Positions 39,071-47,216 of a stretch of 64,000 nt of DNA are shown one piece after another. Source of the stretch: a bacterium. GTDB lineage: Bacteria > UBA8248. The first letter of the stretch is position 1; every line of letters begins with the position of its first letter. The position numbers and the translations under genes are program-made. The notes under the pieces were generated by a model, which did no database searches, was not told where the DNA came from, and was given only the letters and a program-made list of their open reading frames with translations. The stretch is from contig CBDBBI010000010.1 in the NCBI GenBank assembly GCA_965202625.1, positions 1,792,001-1,856,000 of the forward strand, in the 5' to 3' direction.

Positions 39071-40276
39071 ATGGTCTCTTCCATACCTCAGGATGGCGTC
39101 GGCTTTCGAGAGGGCTGGCCGATCATCCTCGCGTGCTTTTTCACCATATTCACGGCCTATGGTACCGCCTTCATCTTGGGGCCCATGCTCGACGTAATGG
39201 GCCGCGAGCTGAACCTCTCGATCACGGTCATGGGGCAGCTGGCGGCCATCGCCTTCATCCCCTGGGGACTGGGGGCCCCCCTGCTGGGGCCCATCTCGGA
39301 TCGCTACGGCAGGAAACAAATCATCCTCATCGGGGTGTTGGGCCTCTCCCTGTCCAACATCGCCACCTCGTTCGCCACTGATTATCTCACGACGGCCGCT
39401 TGCCGCATCACCGCGGGATTAAGCGGGGCTTTGGTTCCGCCCACGGCGGTGGCGACGATCGGGGACAGATTCACGGGCCGCCGCCGTGGGCTCGCACTTG
39501 GACTCGCCACCTCAGGCGTGGCAGTGAGCCTGCTCGTCGGAATTCCGGGCATAGCTTTTCTTACGGATCACCTCGGATGGCGAAGCGCACTTCGGATAGC
39601 GGGCACATTCGGCTTGATCCTCAGCCTTTATAGTTTCAAAACACTCCCCTCCCGAAGGCAGAACACTCCGTCGGGCTCCTACCTAGCCAGCTTCGCCTGG
39701 ATGCGCCAGCGGGTCTCATGGCTCTTGATGAGTGGAAACGTCATCGAGCGGTTCATGACTTCCGCCTTTCTCACCTACGTGTCCATTTTCCTGCTACGTC
39801 ACTTCGAAGTTTCCCTCTCTTCGGCGGGGAGCCTGCTCACGACCATGTCCGTCGGCGCGCTCATCGGCGGTCTCCTAGGGGGCGCGCTGGCGGGCGTCAG
39901 AGTCCGCTTCTTCATCATCACCGCCTTGGTTTTCCTACAGGGAGGGCTTCTGGCGGTTCATTTCTCTTGGGCAGCCCATCTTTTCCTCGCCATCACGGCG
40001 GGCTTTATCTTCTCGCTCTGTAGCCAGATCAGCCGACCGGTCGTGATGGACAAACTCATATCGCTCGCACCGCAAGCGCGCGGCGCCATCATCGGTGCCT
40101 ACTCGACGAGCAACCAAATCGGCCTGTTTCTGGGAGCCTCCTTGGGTGGGTTCGCCATACGCTGGGGCAGCTTCGAGGCACTCGGTTGGGTTGCGCTCAC
40201 GGCGGCGGCCCTAGGCGGCGTGTTCTACGGATCGAGCGCTTGGTTGCTTAGAAAAAAACGTCCACGCCCGCTCTAG
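39071..40276 (+). CDS. MFS transporter
   Basis: GPISDRYGRK motif A; about 12 hydrophobic segments; the ORF is open from 39026. Confidence 0.9.
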   Translation: MVSSIPQDGVGFREGWPIILACFFTIFTAYGTAFILGPMLDVMGRELNLSITVMGQLAAIAFIPWGLGAPLLGPISDRYGRKQIILIGVLGLSLSNIATSFATDYLTTAACRITAGLSGALVPPTAVATIGDRFTGRRRGLALGLATSGVAVSLLVGIPGIAFLTDHLGWRSALRIAGTFGLILSLYSFKTLPSRRQNTPSGSYLASFAWMRQRVSWLLMSGNVIERFMTSAFLTYVSIFLLRHFEVSLSSAGSLLTTMSVGALIGGLLGGALAGVRVRFFIITALVFLQGGLLAVHFSWAAHLFLAITAGFIFSLCSQISRPVVMDKLISLAPQARGAIIGAYSTSNQIGLFLGASLGGFAIRWGSFEALGWVALTAAALGGVFYGSSAWLLRKKRPRPL

Positions 40277-40281
40277 CAGGC

Positions 40282-41949
40282 TTACTTCCTCACAGCATCC
40301 TTGCGCCTCGGCTCCGGAAAAACGTCCTGATCGATCAGGACGTCGACGACGACGGGGGCTTCCTCCGAGAGCGCCTGCGCATACACATCTTCAAGGTCTT
40401 CGGGATTCTCCACACGATAGCCCACGGCCCCAAATACGCGAGCGTATTCATCAAAGCGCGGGTTGCCGATGGCATCCGCTATGTAGCGACCATCATAGAA
40501 ATGTTTTTGATAGGCACGCTCAGAACCCAAGTTGAAATTGTTCAAGATGACGCAGACAGTCGGTAGATCCTCCCGCATCGCAGTCTCCAACTCAGCGCCG
40601 TTACACAAGAACGCGCCGTCGCCGCTGATGGTGACAACCTTCTGATGCGGGCGTGCCAGTTTGGCCCCAAGTCCTAGGGGATAGCCCACTCCAATGGCAG
40701 CCAAATCTTGCGGGGCCACCAGATTCCTGGCGCGATCAAACCTTTGGTACTCATAGATATAGCTGGCGGCGCTCCCCGCGTCGTTCGTGATAATGGCGTT
40801 CTCTGGCAGGACCTTGGCGAGCGCCATATGCGCGCGTCTCGGGTCGATCGGCTTTCCGTTATATTCGAAAGCCCGCTTCCGATGCTTCTCCTGAGCGTCC
40901 CGGACCGCCTTAATCTCCCCTCGCCAGGCGGGACGCCTCACGCCCTCGCCCAGCGCCCCGAGCACGGCCCTGATGGCAAGGCCCGCCTCTGCGTTCATCG
41001 CCAATTCCGTCCGAAAATTCCTCCCAATGCTCTTAGGATCCACGGCGGCATGAATGAGCTTTGTGGCCCCGAAAAAATTCGGTCGCAGAAACGTGGTGGA
41101 ATGCGCCAGCCTCGTGCCGACGGCGAAAACGACGTCCGCCGTCTCGAAAAGGACGCGCGCCTCAGGAAGCGTTCCACGTCCGATGGAACCCAAGAACAAA
41201 GGGTGTTGATTCGGCACCAAGTCGTCCCTTCCGGTAGACGTCATGATGGCTGCGTCAAGCGCTTCCGCCAGGGCGAGCAAATCATCGCTCGCCCCATCCC
41301 AGAGAACGCCCCCGCCGCCTAAAAGCAATGGCCGCTCGGCAGACTCCAAAAGCGCCGCGGCTCGGACGACGGCTTCTGGGTCCGGGGCGAGCCTCGCCCG
41401 ATGCGGACGCGCTAGGCCATCTCCTTCTGGATACTCCGCCGTTTCGTTCATCACGTCGCGCGGCAGATCGACATGCACCGGGCCCGGCACTCCCGACAGA
41501 GCCATGTGGAAGGCCTCTCGAATCACGTCGGCCGCGCGCTCGGGCTTTCTCACCTGGACCGACCATTTCACCATCGGGCTGAACATGGCGATCTGGTCGA
41601 GTTCTTGGGTGGAATTGCGAAAAGTGTCCTTCATCATGGGCGCGCCGGTGATGACGAGCACCGGACTTTGCGCCATCATAGAATGCGCGACGCCGGTGAC
41701 GAGGTTTGTGGCGCCAGGCCCGTTTGTCGCCATGCACACGCCCACATGGCCGGTGAGTCGCGCATAGGCGTCGGCCATCAACGCGGCACTTTGCTCATGG
41801 CGCACCGTCAGGAAAGAAATGTCATCACGTCCATACATACCGTCGAGCACTTCGATCATGCACGAGCCCGCCATTCCGATGACGTGTCTTATGCCCAGCT
41901 TCGCCAATGTATCCGCCACCGCGTGACCAGCCGTCATGGTCGTCATCAA
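40282..41949 (-). CDS. Thiamine pyrophosphate-dependent enzyme (acetolactate synthase/sulfoacetaldehyde acetyltransferase-like)
   Basis: VRHEQSA, GPGATN, GPVHVDLP and the GDGAF...NN TPP motif. Confidence 0.9.
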   Translation of the reverse strand: MMTTMTAGHAVADTLAKLGIRHVIGMAGSCMIEVLDGMYGRDDISFLTVRHEQSAALMADAYARLTGHVGVCMATNGPGATNLVTGVAHSMMAQSPVLVITGAPMMKDTFRNSTQELDQIAMFSPMVKWSVQVRKPERAADVIREAFHMALSGVPGPVHVDLPRDVMNETAEYPEGDGLARPHRARLAPDPEAVVRAAALLESAERPLLLGGGGVLWDGASDDLLALAEALDAAIMTSTGRDDLVPNQHPLFLGSIGRGTLPEARVLFETADVVFAVGTRLAHSTTFLRPNFFGATKLIHAAVDPKSIGRNFRTELAMNAEAGLAIRAVLGALGEGVRRPAWRGEIKAVRDAQEKHRKRAFEYNGKPIDPRRAHMALAKVLPENAIITNDAGSAASYIYEYQRFDRARNLVAPQDLAAIGVGYPLGLGAKLARPHQKVVTISGDGAFLCNGAELETAMREDLPTVCVILNNFNLGSERAYQKHFYDGRYIADAIGNPRFDEYARVFGAVGYRVENPEDLEDVYAQALSEEAPVVVDVLIDQDVFPEPRRKDAVRK

Positions 41950-42065
41950 TTGATTCTCCTGAGAACCGAAGTGGGCGCACCCTCGTGCGCCATTGCTTCA
42001 TTGAGGAACGTTTTCCGACAACCCAGATTAGGCTTTGCGCGGGCGATTCGTCAAAAGCGTCAAAC

Positions 42066-42541
42066 CTAGCCCACGTTTCCTTTCGCGTGAATGGCGTTGG
42101 CGATCAGGTTCACCTGTGATGACCATCTCGAAACCATGACGGCGATCCAGTTTTCCGCCAGATGGCTGATGACCACCGTGGGCGGAAAACCTTCCCTCTG
42201 GTCTCCAGAAAGGCGATTCTCGCCGTATTCAAGGCGAAGACGACATCCGCGCGGCTGATCAGGCCGGCGCCCGGCCCATAGGCGCGCGTCCTGAGCACGG
42301 CCAGCGTCACGGCGGGAGAGAACTCGATGACTTTGTTCATCCGGACGATCACCCGGAAGCGTTCTCTGATCTGGCCCACCGGCGGCAGATGCCCACCACC
42401 GCGCACGCTTTCCCTGCCGGCGCAAATCATCTCCCTCCCGAAGGAGCGACTCGGTGGGTTCCTCTATCATCTCCAACGTCAGGCGATTCGCCTGCGTCGC
42501 GCGAGCGAGCGTGACGCGACCAAGCGCATCATGTCTTTCAT
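42066..42541 (-). pseudogene. Enoyl-CoA hydratase/isomerase remnant
   Basis: Stitched across frames: LGRVTLARATQANRLTLEMIE / EGDD.CAGRE / VTLAVLRTRAYGPGAGLISRADVVFA..ARIAFLE / GFPPTVVISHL. Confidence 0.65.
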
Positions 42542-42544
42542 AGC

Positions 42545-42760
42545 AAACGAACGTTTATTTCCACCTCTCCGATATGAAGGTCGCATTCCTCAAAAAACCA
42601 AACATGGTTCGAAATATGTAGATTCAACCAAAGGTTTCGCAAATTATCCTATCCCTAAAATCTACCGAAAAGTAAAAAATACAAATACGGACTTGCAAAA
42701 TAATTCGTAATTTGTTTGTATTGAGAATGTATTTTTTTCGTTAAATATATGTTCTTCAAA
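42545..42760. promoter_or_regulatory. AT-rich divergent promoter region upstream of lexA
   Basis: Marked AT enrichment; degenerate GAAC-N4-GTTC-like sites at 42545-42556 and 42743-42754. Confidence 0.45.
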
Positions 42761-42998
42761 GGTCGCCTACCGTCCACCCACCTGCACCCAAAGGAGACCA
42801 TTCACGAATAGCCGAAGAAAAAGAACACCACGGATCGGCCATGGATCGCGCACCATAATGGTCGCGAAAGGCGTTGCCCATCGCCCACCCATGCGTTCGA
42901 TGTGTTCCCCCATGCCGACGCACCCAGAAACGCTGACACTGTGGGTTCCGCATACCCGTTTTCATTCTGCCCAATGACGCTGAAAGGGGAGATATTTC

Positions 42999-43616
42999 AT
43001 GTTCCTCACGCGCAGACAACGAGAAATTTACGATTACCTCAAGGAATTCATCGAGACGAAAGGCTACGCGCCCTCCATCTTGGAGATCGGCAAGCACTTT
43101 CATCTTACCTCGCCCGCCACTATCCACAAGCACCTGCAAAACATCACAAAGAAGGGACTCATCAAAAGGAGCTGGAACAAAAGCCGCGCGATTGAGCTTG
43201 TTCCCGGCTCGGACACCATTCGCTCCGCTGCCGAACAAGGGCGGGCGGAACTTCCCCTGCGTGGCATGATCGCAGCAGGCGTGCCGCTTGAGGCGATAGA
43301 GGACACAGAGACTATATCGCTGCCTTGGTCATCGGGAGACGGTAATCTCTATGTCCTGAGAGTGAAGGGCAATTCGATGATCGAGGATCATATTCAGGAT
43401 GGGGACTACGTAATCGTGGAAAACCGGGAGAGCGCCCTGAACGGTGAAACCGTGGTGGCACTCGTGGAAAGAGAATCCGCCACCCTGAAACGGTTCTATC
43501 GCGAGGGCGCGCAAATCCGCCTACAGCCCTCGAACGCGGCGATGGAGCCCATTATCGTGCGTGAGGAGGACCTGAGGATTCAGGGCGTCGTCGTGGGCGT
43601 GCTCAGAAAATACTGA
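42999..43616 (+). CDS. lexA: SOS repressor LexA
   Basis: LTRRQREIYDYL..GYAPS HTH, IAAG cleavage site, GNSMI Ser and ATLKR Lys. Confidence 0.96.
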   Translation: MFLTRRQREIYDYLKEFIETKGYAPSILEIGKHFHLTSPATIHKHLQNITKKGLIKRSWNKSRAIELVPGSDTIRSAAEQGRAELPLRGMIAAGVPLEAIEDTETISLPWSSGDGNLYVLRVKGNSMIEDHIQDGDYVIVENRESALNGETVVALVERESATLKRFYREGAQIRLQPSNAAMEPIIVREEDLRIQGVVVGVLRKY

Positions 43617-43637
43617 AGCCGCCGCACCAAGAGAGGG

Positions 43638-44867
43638 ATGGACATGCCGCACTGCTCGCGTGAAGGGGCGAATGAGTCGCCGCTTGCCCACCGACGCATC
43701 GCACACGTGGACATGGACGCTTTTTTCGTGTCCGTGGAGCGCATGAACGACCCCTCGCTGGAAGACAAGCCGGTGATCGTGGGAGGCAGCGTGGGACCGC
43801 GCGGGGTGGTATCCGCCGCCTCCTACGAGGCGAGAGCGTTCGGCGTTCACTCCGCCATGCCTATGGTCCGGGCCAAGTCGCTCTGTCCCCACGCCGTCTA
43901 CATACGGGCGAATCACAAAAAGTATGGCGACGCCTCCAGGCGGGTGATGGGAATACTGAGAGGCTTTACGCCCATCGTTCAGGCCGTCTCCGTGGATGAG
44001 GCGTTCCTGGACTTGAGCGGAACAGAACGCCTCCACGGCCCTCCTATGCACACGGCTACAAGAATCCGGAAAGCCATTCAGCGAGAGATGAATTGCTCGG
44101 CGTCCATCGGGGTGGCATCGAGTCGCTTGGTATCAAAAATCGCCTCCGCGCTCGCAAAACCCGCGGGGATTCTCTACGTTTGCGCGGGCGGTGAAACGGC
44201 GTTTTTGCACCCTTTGTCGGTGAGCAGAATTCCCGGCGTGGGCAAGGTGATGGTGCAGAAGCTGAAGCGCTTGGGAATCTCATCCATCGGTGATCTCGCA
44301 AGACAGTCCTCCCCTTTTCTCGAGGCGCAATTTAAAAACGCCGGGTCCGACCTCTACCGCAAGGCGCGGGGGCTAGACGACTCCGAGCTCGCACCCGAGA
44401 GCCAACCCAAAAGCATCGGCAAGGAGACCACCTTCTCAGAAGACGTCTCCGAACGCACCACTCTGGAAGCCGCCCTCACCAGTCTTGTCGAGCAGGCAAG
44501 CACGCGGGTGCGCCGGCGCGGCCTGCACGCGCGGGGCGTCACCCTCAAAATCCGCTTCTCCGACTTCAAGACCCTGACGCGCTCGTTCACTCTCGAGAAA
44601 CCCACACATCTCGACAAAGAGATCGTCAAACCTGCTCTCGACCTGCTGTGGCGCACGCGAGAGAGGGAAGCCAAAAATCAAAAAATTCGACTGTTGGGCA
44701 TTTATCTATCTGGGCTGAAAGCGGCCCAAACGCAGCCTCTCCTGATCGACGACCAAACCCGGTCGAGGGAAGAGTGCCTCGTAGAAAAACTGGATCAGAT
44801 CAGGGAACGCTTCGGCCATGAGGCTGTCTTCGTGCGAAAGAGCGTGGAGCGCATCAAAAATGCTTGA
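43638..44867 (+). CDS. dinB: DNA polymerase IV
   Basis: HVDMDAFF, SAASYEAR, SVDEAFLD, IPGVG and KSIGKETTF. Confidence 0.95.
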   Translation: MDMPHCSREGANESPLAHRRIAHVDMDAFFVSVERMNDPSLEDKPVIVGGSVGPRGVVSAASYEARAFGVHSAMPMVRAKSLCPHAVYIRANHKKYGDASRRVMGILRGFTPIVQAVSVDEAFLDLSGTERLHGPPMHTATRIRKAIQREMNCSASIGVASSRLVSKIASALAKPAGILYVCAGGETAFLHPLSVSRIPGVGKVMVQKLKRLGISSIGDLARQSSPFLEAQFKNAGSDLYRKARGLDDSELAPESQPKSIGKETTFSEDVSERTTLEAALTSLVEQASTRVRRRGLHARGVTLKIRFSDFKTLTRSFTLEKPTHLDKEIVKPALDLLWRTREREAKNQKIRLLGIYLSGLKAAQTQPLLIDDQTRSREECLVEKLDQIRERFGHEAVFVRKSVERIKNA

Positions 44868-44869
44868 GC

Positions 44870-45775
44870 TCAGATCAGGATCAGAATGGTCCCCACAACC
44901 GTCATCAAGGCGCCCAGCAGGAGCTTCCCCGTTACGTTTTCCGTCTCGCGCAAGAACAGGTAAGAACCCAGAATCACGAGAAGCGGCTGCATCGCCGCGA
45001 TGGAGGAGACATTTACCGCGTAGGTGCGCGCCAGAGCACTACTGTAGGATGGAATCGCTATCGTCTGACAGGCGGCGGCCATGAGCATCCACTTCCAGCT
45101 CGCCCGGGGGATTCCACCCTTCTCTCCCCTGGGCCCAAAGGCGAACGCGAGACCCCAGGCGAAGACGATACCTATCCAGATCACCAACGCCGACGCGGCC
45201 AGCGCGTTCACGTCAAGCGTGATGGTTTTGAGCATGACCCCCGACGCGCTCCAGTTGAGCGTGGTCAAGCCGGCCGAGACATAGCCTCGGACGACGTCTG
45301 CCCGCATGAGACCCGCCTCGGCGTCTGGCCGCGCCTGGTCGGCGCGCACCACGACGGTGATACCCGCCATCAGACACAGCAATCCCAGAAAGATGGGAAG
45401 CGTGAACGGCTCGTCCAGCAACGCGGCGGCCAGCAACGCAGTGACGGCGGGCGTGCTCACGGCGATAGGAATGGTACGGCTCGGCCCGATTCGTCGGAGG
45501 GCATAATAGTAAGTAAGCCTGGAGACGGCGATCATGAAAAAGCCGGTGATGGGGAGCAACGCCCAAGTTCGCGTCAGCTGGGGCTGAAAGGCGGAGAGTG
45601 GGAGCACAAAGAAAACCAGGACGACGAGGGCGCCGTTTAAGGTCGAGGTGGCCGCAGCCGTCTTGAGAAGAGGTGCGTTTTTCATCGCCAAGCGAATGAA
45701 GAAAGATACGCACGTCCAGCTCAAGAGGGCGGAGACGGCGAACAGCTGGCCCGCGGTATGGGTGGATAGGTCCAT
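44870..45775 (-). CDS. DMT/EamA family transporter
   Basis: Two EamA-like halves, about 10 TM helices (ALLDEP and LFLRETE ends). Confidence 0.85.
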   Translation of the reverse strand: MDLSTHTAGQLFAVSALLSWTCVSFFIRLAMKNAPLLKTAAATSTLNGALVVLVFFVLPLSAFQPQLTRTWALLPITGFFMIAVSRLTYYYALRRIGPSRTIPIAVSTPAVTALLAAALLDEPFTLPIFLGLLCLMAGITVVVRADQARPDAEAGLMRADVVRGYVSAGLTTLNWSASGVMLKTITLDVNALAASALVIWIGIVFAWGLAFAFGPRGEKGGIPRASWKWMLMAAACQTIAIPSYSSALARTYAVNVSSIAAMQPLLVILGSYLFLRETENVTGKLLLGALMTVVGTILILI

Positions 45776-46038
45776 AAACGCTTTCTGGGGTTAGTGGGCA
45801 TCTTTGAGAAAGCCGCCGCTCAGGCCAGTGCAGAATCCATCCAGTCAACATGGAAGTCGTCGCATTCAGGCACACGACACCAACGCGTTTCCCGCGAAAC
45901 TTGGGATTCCGCCTTCTCGCCCAAGCCTGCCACGCCAAGGCGCCTCCATTTTCAGTGCGCGAGTCGCCTGGTGCTAAAAGCGTAGATTACTACACTATCG
46001 TCTCTTCGCGCCATGCAGGGTGCGAAATGCCGCCCCCC

Positions 46039-47181
46039 TCATTCGCCCATCGCACTCAGAGCAGACGAGACGAACCCTAAGAACCGCATCGCCTCCCAAA
46101 TTCTTCTAGGAGAGAGTATATCCCTTTCGACCCCTACGTGGCGAAAGCCATTCAAGATGAGCCATGAAACCGCCTCTTCAGAAGTCTCGCGCGCGCGATT
46201 CAACAACAAAATGCTCTCGGACGCCGGAACGAACGGATCGCCACGCCCATGCAGGAAAAACTTGCGTCCCCGAACCTTCGGGACAATGTCCTTCATCCCC
46301 CATTTCCGCAAACGCTCCCGCTGTTCGGCCCCTTGCTGGGCGTAGAGCGACTCGAAGCGATGAGGTGCCTTGTTCTCCATCAAGGCGATGAGGGAGCGGG
46401 CGCGCCCCGACAAACCCGCCATCAAATCGCTCACGTCCGCCTCCTCGTCCTCCAGTTTTCTCGAAATGATGAGGTCAACACGGTTTTGGAAGGCGACCAG
46501 ACCCAAAAGTTTCGCGTTGTAACGCAGAAAGAGCCATTTCCCGTGCCGGATGGGCAGTCCCCCGGGAAAGGCAGGCTGGTTCTCCCCGCCGCTCGTGGTG
46601 ATGTGCTTGAGTACGTTCTTCAGGTCGTAATACGCGCCCACACCAATGAAAGCGCCCACTTGATTCCGAACACTAGCCTTGGCCGCTGCGCGAAGGGCCG
46701 GCCCGGCGGCGAAGGAAAACGCCAGAAGACTGCACTTTTTGAAAGAAGCCCTCCTGCCACCCGCCATGCCCAACAACGCCTGCTCAATTCGCAGAACGTC
46801 ATCCTCTTCGGGGCGAAACTTTTTCATGCCGGGCAAATCGGGTGTGAGAACTGAAAATCCCAGTCTCGCCAGCGACTGCGCGAACGCCGAAAGCCGGTAA
46901 TCCCGCTTTCCCATCGCGCTCATTCCGTGAATGAGCAGGACGCATCCCCGAGAGGGCGCGTCTTTCCGGCGCGCCTCATCGCGCGGGGAATACAAATCTG
47001 CCGACACTCCGTTCAGCACGACTTCGGCCCTTCTCGGCACCCTCGTCAGAAGGGAGAGCCAGCCGCCCCGGCCGTCAAGCATCCCTTGCGTCAGCAGAAG
47101 GGCGTCCACCGGATGGCGAAGGCTTGGTGAGAATCTCGACGAGATGAACAGAACGACCAACAGCAGCGAGGCGAGGAGCAA
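46039..47181 (-). CDS. Membrane-anchored alpha/beta hydrolase-fold protein
   Basis: LLIHGMS, AFSFAAG nucleophile elbow, HGRGDPFVP and FRHV; N-terminal TM. Confidence 0.7.
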   Translation of the reverse strand: MLLASLLLVVLFISSRFSPSLRHPVDALLLTQGMLDGRGGWLSLLTRVPRRAEVVLNGVSADLYSPRDEARRKDAPSRGCVLLIHGMSAMGKRDYRLSAFAQSLARLGFSVLTPDLPGMKKFRPEEDDVLRIEQALLGMAGGRRASFKKCSLLAFSFAAGPALRAAAKASVRNQVGAFIGVGAYYDLKNVLKHITTSGGENQPAFPGGLPIRHGKWLFLRYNAKLLGLVAFQNRVDLIISRKLEDEEADVSDLMAGLSGRARSLIALMENKAPHRFESLYAQQGAEQRERLRKWGMKDIVPKVRGRKFFLHGRGDPFVPASESILLLNRARETSEEAVSWLILNGFRHVGVERDILSPRRIWEAMRFLGFVSSALSAMGE

Positions 47182-47216
47182 AACGCCTCGAAGTATGGAG
47201 GAGTTCCTGAGAGCGA

